From: Clostridia bacterium
Lineage (GTDB): Bacteria; Bacillota; Clostridia; Oscillospirales; Acutalibacteraceae
Length of the DNA: 32,000 bases
NCBI GenBank assembly: GCA_017624735.1
Contig: JAGAMK010000003.1
Span: forward strand, 28,802-60,801
Direction of reading: 5' to 3'
Of the stretch, positions 1-9,392 are shown in pieces (positions within the stretch are counted from its first letter, which is position 1; every line of letters starts with the position of its first letter). The position numbers and the translations under genes are program-made. The notes under the pieces were generated by a model. The model did no database searches. It was not told the origin of the DNA and saw only the letters and a list, made by a program, of their open reading frames with translations.

Positions 1-1910
1 TTTGTAACAACAGAAGAAATGAATGCAACTGACTCTTTTTTATCTTCACTTACATAGTGATTGAAGAGAATTTCGTCCTTTTCAGGGTCAAGAATCCTGT
101 AAAGGTCACCAAACTGAACAAGATGGCGGATTTCTTTGTAAAGTTCAATATTCTTCTTTGCAATTTCCAAATCTTCTTTGTTGTACTTTGTGAGATTTCC
201 GCCAACACCCAATGCTCCCTGCATTGCCACATGGAAACGGAAATCAAGGCTCATTGGTGGATTGTACCAGTTAATATCAGTCACCCAAGCACGCATAACC
301 TTTGTAGGTCTTAAATACGTAAACCACTTTTGCATCATCATACGGTCAACAGAGCTTGTGTTGTCACTTGGCCATACTTGGTCAAAGTGAAGAAGTGCAC
401 CATAATCACTTCTGCCACCACCTGACGAACAGCTTTCAATACAAACATCAGGATGCTTTTCTTTTAACCTATCAACAATATTGTAAACTGCCTGAGTATG
501 ACGATACCACACCTCTTGTGGGCAATCCAAGTTTTCTGCACCTGTTTCAGAAAGTGGACGGTTCATATCCCACTTGATGTATTTAATATTATGATTCGTG
601 AGCATTTCATCCATACAGTTGAAGATATAATCCTGAACGTCTTTTCTTGTCATGTTAAGAACCAACTGGTGACGGAGAGTGTGTGCTTCTCTTGTATCAT
701 AATGATATGCCCAATCAGGGTGTGCACGGTATAAATCGGAGTCAGGGTTGACCATTTCAGGCTCGAACCAAAGGCCAAAATCCATACCCAACTTGTTAAC
801 ATTTTTAATGAGTTCATCAATACCACGTGGAAACTTGTGTTTGTTTACAAACCAGTCGCCAAGACCTGCTCTGTCATGATTACGTTTGCCAAACCAACCG
901 TCGTCCATAACAAAAAGTTCGCAACCCATCTTTGCCGCACGCTTTGCAAGTTGAGTCTGATGAAGCACATTAACGTCAAATTCTGTTGCTTCCCAAGAGT
1001 TATAAAGCACGGGGAGAATTTTGTCGTTAAACTGTTTTGGTAATACGTGATTTATAGCAAAACGATTCATTTGACGGCTCATTTCGCCAAAACCGACAGT
1101 ATATCCGCAGAAGAATTTAGGAGCAACAAAAGTTTCGCCACTCCTTAATTCATATTTGAAGTCGTGGTCATTAAGACCCATTGAAACCCTTGTTTTATAG
1201 AACAAGTCACGAGTGCAAAGCACCTTAAAACTACCGCTATAAGCCAACGTACCAAAATACACATCACCCTGATTTTCGTCAGCATTCTGATGTGCTATGA
1301 AATAAGGTGACTGGTTATGTCCGGTTGTTCCACGTTTGCTGTCAAACACAAGTGCTCCACCTTGAAGCTCGGACTCCGTTTCAACATACTCACCACCCCA
1401 GCTACCATTTGTATTCTTGAATTTATATGGTTTATGTGATGGTAAAGTGAGTTCTCCACTAAAAATTCGGTCAATAACTATTTTTTCTTCGCCCTTATTT
1501 GTAACTTCTACCCAACGAGTGATAATGTCGTCGTTGTCGTTCACCTTGTATTTGAGTGCAATCTGCAAAGGATAAACTTTATCTTTAAAAATCACAGTCA
1601 ACTCATTGTCGTTCGACTCTGCGTTTACAAATTCCAAGTCTATTTCACGGCATTGGTCAGGGAAAACCACCTTCAAATCGCTTTCACGGTACATTGTTCC
1701 GCCAAAAACGGTATATTCCTGACATGCCATATCAAGTCTTGTGTGGTTGGAGTTTTCATCCCAGATATCAGTAGTCTCATAATCCTTTACGTTGCATTTT
1801 TTACCCCAATGAATGTGACGATTATAGCCATATTTATCAATGCCCAACACGTAATGGGTGTTTTTTGTTGAAAGCACAAAAATATTATTTTTAAGTATGT
1901 AAACTGCCAT
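1..1910 (-). CDS. alpha-galactosidase, GH36 family. The C-terminus runs off the left window edge, so it has no in-window stop and is absent from the ORF track.
   Basis: Hand translation of the minus strand from ATG (1910-1908, SD-like GGGGGAAG just upstream) stays open to position 1: MAVYILKNNIFVLSTKNTHYVLGIDKYGYNRH... It carries GH36-type motifs NSWEATEFDVN, FVMDDGWFGKRNHDRAGLGDW, IKWDMNR, ESCSSGGGRSDYG, WPSDNTSSVDR. Confidence 0.9.
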   Translation of the reverse strand, partial: MAVYILKNNIFVLSTKNTHYVLGIDKYGYNRHIHWGKKCNVKDYETTDIWDENSNHTRLDMACQEYTVFGGTMYRESDLKVVFPDQCREIDLEFVNAESNDNELTVIFKDKVYPLQIALKYKVNDNDDIITRWVEVTNKGEEKIVIDRIFSGELTLPSHKPYKFKNTNGSWGGEYVETESELQGGALVFDSKRGTTGHNQSPYFIAHQNADENQGDVYFGTLAYSGSFKVLCTRDLFYKTRVSMGLNDHDFKYELRSGETFVAPKFFCGYTVGFGEMSRQMNRFAINHVLPKQFNDKILPVLYNSWEATEFDVNVLHQTQLAKRAAKMGCELFVMDDGWFGKRNHDRAGLGDWFVNKHKFPRGIDELIKNVNKLGMDFGLWFEPEMVNPDSDLYRAHPDWAYHYDTREAHTLRHQLVLNMTRKDVQDYIFNCMDEMLTNHNIKYIKWDMNRPLSETGAENLDCPQEVWYRHTQAVYNIVDRLKEKHPDVCIESCSSGGGRSDYGALLHFDQVWPSDNTSSVDRMMMQKWFTYLRPTKVMRAWVTDINWYNPPMSLDFRFHVAMQGALGVGGNLTKYNKEDLEIAKKNIELYKEIRHLVQFGDLYRILDPEKDEILFNHYVSEDKKESVAFISSVVT

Positions 1911-1975
1911 ATTTCTTCCCCCATTTTAAAGAGCTTTCCTTTTGGTTTAGTATAGCAAGAAAAGAAAAGAAATGC

Positions 1976-2003
1976 AATAAAAAAGCAGACATTGAAGTCT
2001 GCT
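1976..2003 (-). terminator. intrinsic terminator after the small Cys-rich ORF
   Basis: Hairpin AGCAGAC-ATTGAA-GTCTGCT (1984-2003) directly after the stop at 2005-2007, followed on the minus strand by a T-rich run (complement of AATAAAAAA). Confidence 0.6.
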
Positions 2004-2004
2004 A

Positions 2005-2220
2005 CTACATATTGTTACAGCCCTTTGTTTTAACACAGGGTTTTTCTTGGTTACAAAAGAAGCATACAGCTTTTCTGAATTCTGCATCCTTTTCAGTTAA
2101 TTTCTGTCTATGTGTAAAATTATAATGTTCAAGACAGAGATTTTCTTCAACATCAGCAAGAAAGAAGTCACGATGCTTATTTATAATCTCTATTATTTTT
2201 TCATCAGTTAGTTCTCTCAT
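2005..2220 (-). CDS. hypothetical small Cys-rich protein (71 aa)
   Basis: ORF-track ORF with SD-like AGGTGAG a few nt upstream of the ATG and its own terminator. C-terminal CFFCNQEKPCVKTKGC cluster. No family recognised. Confidence 0.45.
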   Translation of the reverse strand: MRELTDEKIIEIINKHRDFFLADVEENLCLEHYNFTHRQKLTEKDAEFRKAVCFFCNQEKPCVKTKGCNNM

Positions 2221-2329
2221 TTTCTCACCTGCATAATTATATCATTTTCTATTATTTTATATCAGTTTAAAACATATTGCAATACTTTATCATATAATAA
2301 AACTATAAAAATGAGGAGTGGTTTATTAT

Positions 2330-2482
2330 ATGAAGCCCTTAAAAGAACAAATCAGCATAACAGTTGACTCTGACATTATTGAAAAGGCAAGGGAATTAGC
2401 TGAAATGGACGACCGTTCACTTTCTCAATTCATCAATATCGCTTTGAAAGAATATGTTAAAAAGTTAGAGAATAAGAATTGA
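2330..2482 (+). CDS. ribbon-helix-helix (CopG/Arc/antitoxin-like) small DNA-binding protein, 50 aa (below the ORF-track length cut-off)
   Basis: ATG at 2330 with GAGGAG 11 nt upstream. Translation: MKPLKEQISITVDSDIIEKARELAEMDDRSLSQFINIALKEYVKKLENKN. The pattern short beta-strand (ISITVDS) + helix + RSLSQFINIALKEY helix is typical of RHH proteins. Followed by a clean terminator. Confidence 0.65.
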   Translation: MKPLKEQISITVDSDIIEKARELAEMDDRSLSQFINIALKEYVKKLENKN

Positions 2483-2493
2483 TTTTACTTGTG

Positions 2494-2520
2494 GGACGCT
2501 GAAAAGCGTCCTGTTTTTTT
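2494..2520 (+). terminator. intrinsic terminator of the RHH gene
   Basis: GGACGCT-GAAA-AGCGTCC stem-loop followed by T7 (2514-2520). Confidence 0.8.
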
Positions 2521-2534
2521 GTGGAATTTGCTAT

Positions 2535-2718
2535 ACAAATTGGAGTTTGTAGAATTGTTTAATTGAGTTATTCTCGGCTCCCCTTTCAGGGGAGCTGGAT
2601 TGCCGAAGGCAAGACTGAGGGGTTTATTTGCACATTATTATAACCCCTCTGTCACTTCGTGACATCTCCCCTTTCAGGGGAGACAAGAAACTAAAAGAAC
2701 TCGACAAATCCAAATTTT
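2535..2718. repeat. composite palindromic intergenic element, copy A (MITE-like; termini ACAAATTGGAGTTTGT / CGACAAATCCAAATTT)
   Basis: The left end resembles the left ends at 9393 and 30589. The right end is the imperfect reverse complement of the left. The interior holds GC-rich hairpin modules (CCCCTTTCAGGGGAG twice, GAGGGGT...ACCCCTC, GTCACTTCGTGAC). Confidence 0.6.
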
Positions 2719-2726
2719 ACAAAAGA

Positions 2727-2767
2727 GTAAAAAAATAAAAGCTCAAATCCCTAAAGATTTGAGCTTT
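2727..2767 (-). terminator. intrinsic terminator directly after tRNA-Leu
   Basis: AAAGCTCAAATC-CCTAAA-GATTTGAGCTTT hairpin, then on the minus strand TTTTATTTTTTT. Confidence 0.75.
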
Positions 2768-2851
2768 TGGTGCGAGAGACGGGACTTGAACCCGTACGGG
2801 ATTACCACACGCCCCTCAAACGTGCGCGTCTGCCGATTCCGCCACTCTCGC
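2768..2851 (-). tRNA. tRNA-Leu, anticodon GAG (class II, long variable arm), CCA encoded
   Basis: Reverse complement GCGAGAGTGGCGGAATCGGCAGACGCGCACGTTTGAGGGGCGTGTGGTAATCCCGTACGGGTTCAAGTCCCGTCTCTCGCACCA. Acceptor GCGAGAG/CTCTCGC, Leu-type D arm GTGGCGGAAT..GCAGACGCG, anticodon stem CACGT/GCGTG with loop TTGAGGG, 12-nt variable arm, T arm ACGGG-TTCAAGT-CCCGT. Confidence 0.9.
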
Positions 2852-2881
2852 ATATCGGTCGTTCTCTCGAACGCAAGAGAC

Positions 2882-2910
2882 ATTATAGCAAAGGATTTCG
2901 GCAGTGTCAA
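2882..2910 (-). promoter_or_regulatory. consensus sigma-A promoter driving tRNA-Leu
   Basis: On the minus strand TTGACA (2910-2905), 17-nt spacer, TATAAT (2887-2882), with an A/T-rich UP-like tract upstream. About 30 nt upstream of the mature tRNA 5' end. Confidence 0.8.
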
Positions 2911-2938
2911 GTATTTTTTCAAATTTTTTAAAAATATT

Positions 2939-3163
2939 TTATATTGAACTTTTTTTGATATGTTTTACAGGTTTAACCGTGGGCTTTTTTGCTTTTTGGG
3001 GTAATCCTTGTGCGATTGTTGGAAACTCGTTATCAATGTCATTTGTTGGCTGGATTTCATAAGTTCCGTATTTGTTCACCATTTCCCATGGCGTTTCAGG
3101 GTTATCGGGAATTTGTGTAACATTTTCTTCCAGATGGTTTATATAATTTTTATCTTTTTCCAT
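2939..3163 (-). CDS. hypothetical small protein (~74 aa)
   Basis: ORF-track ORF 2939-3172. I prefer the ATG at 3163 (MEKDKNYINHLEEN...) because GGTGAT lies 4-5 nt upstream, whereas the GTG at 3172 sits inside that SD. No family recognised. Confidence 0.45.
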   Translation of the reverse strand: MEKDKNYINHLEENVTQIPDNPETPWEMVNKYGTYEIQPTNDIDNEFPTIAQGLPQKAKKPTVKPVKHIKKSSI

Positions 3164-3210
3164 TTTTATCACCGATTTTATTATGGATAGGGAATTATAA
3201 AAATATGCAT

Positions 3211-3237
3211 ATAAAAATGGCGGAGTTTGACTCCGCC
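3211..3237 (-). terminator. intrinsic terminator after glgA
   Basis: GGCGGAG-TTTGAC-TCCGCC hairpin 7 nt after the glgA stop, followed on the minus strand by ATTTTTAT. Confidence 0.7.
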
Positions 3238-3243
3238 CTAGTT

Positions 3244-4668
3244 TTATTTAAGAATTGATTTATAAAGTCTGATATATTCGTTCGCAGATTTGCCCCAGCT
3301 ATTATCACATTCCATAGCGCGTTTAACAAGAATGTTCCAGCCCTCTTTATTGGAGTAACCCTCGATGCCACGACGGATAGTATAAAGCATATCGTGTGCA
3401 TTATATGTTGAGAACGTGAAGCCGTTGCCCTCGTTGTCGCCACTATCCTTGATACTATCACGAAGACCACCTGTTTCGCGGACAATCGGAATTGTACCAT
3501 AACGAAGTGAAATCATCTGTGAAAGTCCGCAAGGCTCACTCTTACTTGGCATTAAGAACAAGTCACAGCCTGCATAGATTTTCTTTGAAAGTGATGGGAT
3601 AAAGCCAAGTTTAAGTCCCATTTTGTCAGGATATTTGTCAGCCATCTCCTTAAAGAAGCTTTCATACTGCCATTCACCTGAGCCAAGCACTACAAACTGA
3701 ACGTCGGTTGTTGCGAGCAATTCATCAAGGACTGCCTTAACAAGGTCAAGACCTTTATGACCAACAAGACGTGTAACCATACCAATCATCGGTACGTCCT
3801 CACGTACAGGAAGTGAGAAATATTCCTGCAATTTTGCCTTATTAATCTTTTTCTTGTCCTCAAAGTCTTCGGCTGTGTAATTAACCTCAATATCCTTGTC
3901 TGTTTCTGGGTTATAGAGAATCGTGTCGATACCATTGAGGATACCGCTTAATTTCCATGAACGCTGATTAAGAATTGGGTCAAGACCATGTGAATACCAA
4001 GGGTCAAGAATTTCGTTTGCGTATGATGGACTGACTGTTGTAACTCTGTCGGCACACTCAATAGCACCCTTCATAAAGTTGCAGTCACCATCATATTCAA
4101 GGAGTGATGCAGCACTTTCAGGAAGTCCCACAACGTCGCCAAGAAGGTCCATACCATAAGTACCCTGATACTGAATGTTATGAATTGTGAAAACGGTTTT
4201 GATGTTTTCATAACCTGGTCTTGTAGCATAAAGTGTATTGTAATAAACAGGAGTCAATGCAGACTGCCAATCGTTACAATGGATAATGTCAGGCTTGAAA
4301 TCAATGTGTGGGATAATTTCAAGAACTGCACGTGCAAAGAATGCAAAACGCTCTGCATCGTCATAATATCCGTAAAGTGTATCACGCTTGAAATAATACT
4401 GATTGTCGAGAAGATAGTAAATTACTCCACCTGCTTTTGCTTCAAAAATACCGCAGTACTGTCTTCTCCATGCAACAGGAACAGAAATACTTGTCACAAA
4501 TTTCATTGTGTCCTTAAGTTCCTGACTGATTGTGTCATATAAAGGCATTACAACCCTTGCGCCGATAAGTCTTTTGCGAAGTGCCTGTGGAAGGCTACCT
4601 GCAACATCACCTAAACCGCCACTTGCTTTAAAGGGAAGTGCCTCACTTGAAACGTATAAAACTTTCAT
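3244..4668 (-). CDS. glgA: glycogen synthase (ADP-glucose type)
   Basis: MKVLYVSSEALPFKASGGLGDVAGSLP... is the N-terminal K-x-GGL-x-DV motif. Length and C-terminal GT1 motifs fit (PSKSEPCGLSQM). Start trimmed to ATG 4668, because the 22 upstream codons of the track ORF translate a repeat element (..LRYAQNDYQ..). Confidence 0.92.
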   Translation of the reverse strand: MKVLYVSSEALPFKASGGLGDVAGSLPQALRKRLIGARVVMPLYDTISQELKDTMKFVTSISVPVAWRRQYCGIFEAKAGGVIYYLLDNQYYFKRDTLYGYYDDAERFAFFARAVLEIIPHIDFKPDIIHCNDWQSALTPVYYNTLYATRPGYENIKTVFTIHNIQYQGTYGMDLLGDVVGLPESAASLLEYDGDCNFMKGAIECADRVTTVSPSYANEILDPWYSHGLDPILNQRSWKLSGILNGIDTILYNPETDKDIEVNYTAEDFEDKKKINKAKLQEYFSLPVREDVPMIGMVTRLVGHKGLDLVKAVLDELLATTDVQFVVLGSGEWQYESFFKEMADKYPDKMGLKLGFIPSLSKKIYAGCDLFLMPSKSEPCGLSQMISLRYGTIPIVRETGGLRDSIKDSGDNEGNGFTFSTYNAHDMLYTIRRGIEGYSNKEGWNILVKRAMECDNSWGKSANEYIRLYKSILK

Positions 4669-4701
4669 ATAGTTTATTTGTTCCTTTCTGTATATTTGAT
4701 A

Positions 4702-4786
4702 GTCATTCTGAGCGTAGCGAAGAATCTCTCCCAAAATAGTATGTCAACTAACAGAGATTCTTCGTCGTTACACTCCTCAGAATGAC
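4702..4786. repeat. 85-nt hairpin repeat, copy E1 (GTCATTCTGAG...GAAGAATCTC // GAGATTCTTCG...CTCAGAATGAC), 33 nt upstream of the glgA start
   Basis: Near-identical arms at 14112-14195 and 28925-29010. Followed at 4790-4814 by a GCAGGC-GTAGAA-GCCTGC hairpin ending in CTCTAC. Confidence 0.85.
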
Positions 4787-4920
4787 ATTGCAGGCGTAGA
4801 AGCCTGCCTCTACGCGAACCACTAAATGCTTGAATTTTTGATGAAATTTTGCTTTTGAGACCGCAGGCTTACGAGTGTAAGTCAAGGGTGAAAAAGTGAA
4901 ATTTCGCAAAAAGACTGCAT

Positions 4921-6036
4921 TTAGATTACAATTTCCTTGCCGATGTAAACAGGGTAATTTTTTGCACCTGAGAGAGTCTTATTTGGTGTAATAACAACAC
5001 TCTTATCTGCAACAACGCAGTTGAGAGTAGCATTCTGTGCTACGAAAACATCCTGCATTACAATAGAATTCTTGACAACTGCACCTTTTTCAACTCTTAC
5101 GCCACGGAAAAGAATTGAATTTTCAACTGTGCCTTCAATGATACAACCGTCGGCAATAAGAGAATTCTTAACCTTTGAGCCAAGACCATAAATCGCAGGC
5201 ATATCGTCACGAACCTTTGTATAAACAGGTCTTTCTCTATTGAAAAGGTCGTCACAATTTTCAGGATTAAGAAGTTCCATATTAACATTGAAATAACTCT
5301 GTAATGACTCAATAACTGCTGAATATCCCTTTGCTTCGTAGCCATAAACTTTGAGATTATCAATATTTCTTTGAATAATATCGGACTCAAAATCCTTATA
5401 GTTAAGGCTGATTGCTTCGTTAATAAGTCTTTCAAGAAGGGCTTTTTTCATAAGAATTACATTGAGTGAGAAATTAACATCACCGTCAGTAACAGGAGAA
5501 ATTGAAACCTTTTCTGCCTTGTTATCTTCATCCAAATCAAGAACAATTACGTCTGTGAGATTTGGCATTTTTCCGTTTTTATAAACGATTGTCATATCGG
5601 CATTTTTCTCTGTATGGTAGTCCATAAGTGCCTCAATATCAAGGTTTATAACTGTGTTACAGTCTGTGAGAAGAACATATTCTTCATCTGAACGACTGAT
5701 AAAGCCCATGCTACCCTTTAAGGAAGCAAGTTTATCACGGTTTCCGCCTGTTTCGTTAGTTGAGAAAGGAGGAAGAATGAAAAGACCGTCATTTTTACGG
5801 GATAAATCCCAAGGCTTACCTGTACCAACATGGTCCATAAGTGACTGATAGTTACTCTTTGTTAGAACACCAACTTTTTCAATTCCGCTGTTTACCATAT
5901 TTGAAAGAGCAAAGTCAATAAGGCGATAACGACAAGCAAACGGAACTGAACCCATTGTACGGATACCTGTAAGTTCACTTACACATTCGTCATAAGCATT
6001 TGAGAAAACAATACCAACAATATTCTTACCTGTCAT
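4921..6036 (-). CDS. glgD: glucose-1-phosphate adenylyltransferase, regulatory subunit GlgD
   Basis: Nucleotidyl-transferase N-domain lacking the GGxGxRL loop (VFSNAYDE..MGSVPFACRYRLIDFALSNMVNSG), plus a left-handed beta-helix C-domain. Lies immediately downstream of glgC, as in Firmicutes glgCD. Confidence 0.88.
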   Translation of the reverse strand: MTGKNIVGIVFSNAYDECVSELTGIRTMGSVPFACRYRLIDFALSNMVNSGIEKVGVLTKSNYQSLMDHVGTGKPWDLSRKNDGLFILPPFSTNETGGNRDKLASLKGSMGFISRSDEEYVLLTDCNTVINLDIEALMDYHTEKNADMTIVYKNGKMPNLTDVIVLDLDEDNKAEKVSISPVTDGDVNFSLNVILMKKALLERLINEAISLNYKDFESDIIQRNIDNLKVYGYEAKGYSAVIESLQSYFNVNMELLNPENCDDLFNRERPVYTKVRDDMPAIYGLGSKVKNSLIADGCIIEGTVENSILFRGVRVEKGAVVKNSIVMQDVFVAQNATLNCVVADKSVVITPNKTLSGAKNYPVYIGKEIVI

Positions 6037-6037
6037 C

Positions 6038-7255
6038 TTATTTTGCCTCCTTTACTACATCTTCGCTGACCTGTGATTTTGGAGCAACTGCTGTGCCCTC
6101 GTGTACTGTAACACCTGCACCGACAACTGCAACGCCCCAGTCATCACGATTTGAGCAATCTTCAGGGCTTAAACCTACAATTGCACCCTCTTCAATAACT
6201 GCATTTTCTGCAACCATAGCATACTGAACAACTGCGCCCTTTTTAATAACTGTACCCGGCATAATGATTGAATATTTAACCTCTGCGCCCTCTTCAATAG
6301 TAACATCATTGAAAAGAATTGAGTAGTCAACATCACCATATACTCTTGAGCCCTCTGAAATCATTGAGTTCTGAACTTTTGCCTTTTCTGAAATATAGTG
6401 AGGTGGTGACGCAGGAGTTTTTGCATAAATTCTCCAGCTTGTATCGGATAAATCAAGGTCAACCTTAGGATTGAGAAGGTCAAGGTTTGCCTCCCAAAGG
6501 CTGTCGATTGTACCAACGTCTTTCCAATATCCGTCAAAGAGATATGCAAACATCTTTTCGCCATCTGCATGCATCTTTGGAATAACGTTCTTACCAAAGT
6601 CGTTGCTGGAATTAGGGTCATTTTCGTCGTCAATAAGATACTGACGAAGTTTGCTCCAAGTAAACACATAAACACCCATTGATGCCTTGTTACTTCTTGG
6701 ATTCTTTGGTTTTTCTTCAAATTCACGGATGGAATTGTCGTCATTGAGAATCATAAGACCGAATCGGCTTGCTTCTTCCCAAGAAACCTCAAGCATTGCG
6801 ATTGTACAAGCAGCACCCTTTTCCTTGTGGTACTCAAGCATCTTGTTGTAGTCCATCTTATAGATATGGTCACCTGAAAGAATCACAACATATTCAGGGT
6901 CATAACGGTCAATGAAATTGATGTTCTGATAAATTGCGTTTGCAGTACCCTTATACCATTCTGTACCCTTAATCTGCTGATAAGGTGAGAGAATATGGAC
7001 ACCGCCATTAGCACGGTCCAAATCCCAAGCCTGACCGTTGCCTATGTAATCATTAAGTTCAAGAGGTTGATACTGTGTTAAAACACCAACTGTAGAAATA
7101 CCGGAGTTTACACAGTTAGAAAGTGGGAAGTCGATAATTCTGTATTTACCGCCGTAAGGAACAGCAGGTTTAGCAATGTTCTTTGTAAGAATTCCAAGAC
7201 GGCTTCCCTGACCGCCTGCAAGAAGCATTGCAATACATTCTTGTTTTCTTGCCAT
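6038..7255 (-). CDS. glgC: glucose-1-phosphate adenylyltransferase
   Basis: [42 protein letters not shown] signature; 405 aa. Confidence 0.93.
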   Translation of the reverse strand: MARKQECIAMLLAGGQGSRLGILTKNIAKPAVPYGGKYRIIDFPLSNCVNSGISTVGVLTQYQPLELNDYIGNGQAWDLDRANGGVHILSPYQQIKGTEWYKGTANAIYQNINFIDRYDPEYVVILSGDHIYKMDYNKMLEYHKEKGAACTIAMLEVSWEEASRFGLMILNDDNSIREFEEKPKNPRSNKASMGVYVFTWSKLRQYLIDDENDPNSSNDFGKNVIPKMHADGEKMFAYLFDGYWKDVGTIDSLWEANLDLLNPKVDLDLSDTSWRIYAKTPASPPHYISEKAKVQNSMISEGSRVYGDVDYSILFNDVTIEEGAEVKYSIIMPGTVIKKGAVVQYAMVAENAVIEEGAIVGLSPEDCSNRDDWGVAVVGAGVTVHEGTAVAPKSQVSEDVVKEAK

Positions 7256-7291
7256 ATTTTTTCCTCCTTAAATGGATGATAGTATATTTTA

Positions 7292-9181
7292 TTATCTTGT
7301 CTTTTTAAGATAAATTGTTGACATTGGTGGTAAATCAAGAGAAATACTCTGTTCAAAACCGTGCATTGGAGTCTTTTCCCACTTGATTTTGTCTTTTTGC
7401 CCTTTTCCCGAGCCACCATAACACTCGTCATCGGAGTTAAAAACTACCTTGTAGTTAGCCCTTGCGGGAACACCGATTCTATATCCGTTACGTTCCACAG
7501 GAGTAAAGTTGCAAACCGCAATAATTTCCTTGCCTTTTTCGTCAATTCTGCGGAATGCGATTACTGAATTATCATTGTCGTCCGCTGAAATCCAAGAAAA
7601 TCCTTCCCATGAATGGTCAACCTGCCAGAGTGGAGCATTATCCTTGTAGAAATGGTTGATATCCTTAAAGTATTTCTGCAACTGACGGTGTGCATCATAC
7701 TGCAAGAGCAACCAGTCAAGCTCTTGCTTATAATTCCACTCAATAAACTGACCGAATTCGCTACCCATAAACATAAGTTTCTTTCCTGGATGAGCCATCA
7801 TATAACCCATAAAGGCACGAACACCTGCAAATTTTTCCTCATAAGTTCCGGGCATTTTATTGATGAGTGAGCATTTACCGTGCACAACCTCGTCGTGGGA
7901 GATTGGTAGGATAAAATTCTCTGAAAATGCGTAGAAGAATGAGAAAGTGATACAGCCGTGGTTACCTTTTCTGTAAAGTGGGTCCATTGAAAAATATCGA
8001 AGAATATCGTTCATCCAACCCATATTCCATTTGTAGTTAAATCCAAGACCACCCATAAATACAGGCTTTGTAACCATTGGCCATGCAGTACTTTCTTCTG
8101 CTATGAGCAAACTGCCGTGATAGTCACGGAAAACATTCATACTGAGTTTATTTAGGAATGCGACAGTTTCAAGGTTCTCAACCCCACCGTCTTTATTTGC
8201 TATCCAATGACCGTCGTCCCTGCCGTAGTTAAGATAAAGCATTGAAGCAACTGCGTCAACACGGAGACCGTCAATGTGGTATTTGTCAAGCCAGAACATA
8301 GCACTTGAAATAAGGAACGACTGAACCTCATTTCTGCCAAAGTCGAAAACCTTTGTTCCCCATTCAAGATGTTCACCTTTTCTGATATCTGCATATTCGT
8401 AACAAGGAGTCCCGTCAAACTCATAAAGTCCGTGAGCATCCTTTGGGAAATGAGCAGGTACCCAGTCAAGGATTACGCCTATATTATTCTTGTGGCACAT
8501 ATCAATGAGATACATCAGGTCGTCAGGAGTACCATATCGTGATGTGGCTGCAAAATAGCCTGTTACCTGATAACCCCACGAACCGTCAAAGGGAAATTCT
8601 GTAAGTGGCATAAACTCAATATGAGTATAACCCATTTCCTTAACATAAGGAATAAGCTCATCTGCCATTTTACGGTATGAATAGAAATTTCCGTCTTCAT
8701 ACTGCTTCCACGAACCGAAATGAACCTCGTAGATATTGACGGGCCTGTCATACTGTGCCCTTTCTCGTTTTGCCTTTTCCCATTTATCGTCAGTCCATTT
8801 GTATGAACCTAACTCATAATACTTTGTAGCATTGTCGGGACGAGTTTCCATATGGTAACCGTAAGGGTCACTCTTCATAAGTTTTCTGCCGTCTTGTGTG
8901 GTAATGCAGAATTTGTATGAATCATACAATTTTACGTTTTTAACATAAACTTCCCAGATGCCACCTACTGTGATACGTTCGGCCTTATCAGCCTCGTCAT
9001 TCCATCCGTTAAAGTCACCTGTGACACTAACCGAAACTGCATTCGGAGCCCAGGTTCTGAAAACAACTGTTTCATCATCCACACGATGAGCACCCATGTA
9101 TTCATAAGAACGTGCATTATTTCCTTGATGAAAAAGATACACAGGAACTTGTGCTTCAAAAGATTTTTGAACTTCCGCCAT
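7292..9181 (-). CDS. glgB: 1,4-alpha-glucan branching enzyme (GH13)
   Basis: GH13 catalytic motifs [34 protein letters not shown]; 629 aa; SD GAGGTGA. Confidence 0.93.
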   Translation of the reverse strand: MAEVQKSFEAQVPVYLFHQGNNARSYEYMGAHRVDDETVVFRTWAPNAVSVSVTGDFNGWNDEADKAERITVGGIWEVYVKNVKLYDSYKFCITTQDGRKLMKSDPYGYHMETRPDNATKYYELGSYKWTDDKWEKAKRERAQYDRPVNIYEVHFGSWKQYEDGNFYSYRKMADELIPYVKEMGYTHIEFMPLTEFPFDGSWGYQVTGYFAATSRYGTPDDLMYLIDMCHKNNIGVILDWVPAHFPKDAHGLYEFDGTPCYEYADIRKGEHLEWGTKVFDFGRNEVQSFLISSAMFWLDKYHIDGLRVDAVASMLYLNYGRDDGHWIANKDGGVENLETVAFLNKLSMNVFRDYHGSLLIAEESTAWPMVTKPVFMGGLGFNYKWNMGWMNDILRYFSMDPLYRKGNHGCITFSFFYAFSENFILPISHDEVVHGKCSLINKMPGTYEEKFAGVRAFMGYMMAHPGKKLMFMGSEFGQFIEWNYKQELDWLLLQYDAHRQLQKYFKDINHFYKDNAPLWQVDHSWEGFSWISADDNDNSVIAFRRIDEKGKEIIAVCNFTPVERNGYRIGVPARANYKVVFNSDDECYGGSGKGQKDKIKWEKTPMHGFEQSISLDLPPMSTIYLKKTR

Positions 9182-9214
9182 TTCATCACCTCACATTTAT
9201 ACTTATACAGATAC

Positions 9215-9243
9215 ATTCTATCACTACAAAAAAATGATTTCAA
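9215..9243 (-). promoter_or_regulatory. candidate sigma-A promoter of the glg operon
   Basis: Minus strand TTGAAA (9243-9238), 17 nt, TGATAGAAT extended -10 (-10 hexamer at 9220-9215), about 35 nt upstream of the glgB ATG. A second candidate is TTGTAA (9312-9307), 17 nt, TATAAT (9289-9284). Confidence 0.5.
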
Positions 9244-9392
9244 GTGTTTTTTGCACAAAATAGTCAAACTGGTAACAAATTTCATTATAAGCATTTGTGC
9301 AGTTTGTTACAAAATATTACAGAAAAATCTCAAAACAAACAGAATATATCAGGAATGTTTATTATAAATGCGAGATTAGAAATTAAATTTAA

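Noticed and set aside
2759-2947. 62-aa plus-strand ORF
   Set aside because: It is antisense to tRNA-Leu and its promoter, so it is an artefact.
4669-4734. N-terminal 22-codon extension of the glgA ORF in the track (MGEILRYAQNDYQIYRKEQINY)
   Set aside because: It translates the E1 repeat and the SD region. The canonical glycogen synthase N-terminus MKVLYVSSE starts at 4668 with an AGGA-type SD upstream.
5097-8751. Nested and antisense ORFs inside the glg genes (e.g. 5097-5435, 6361-6744, 7108-7431, 8200-8469, 8563-8751)
   Set aside because: They are alternative frames of strongly supported glgD/glgC/glgB coding sequence, with no independent signals.
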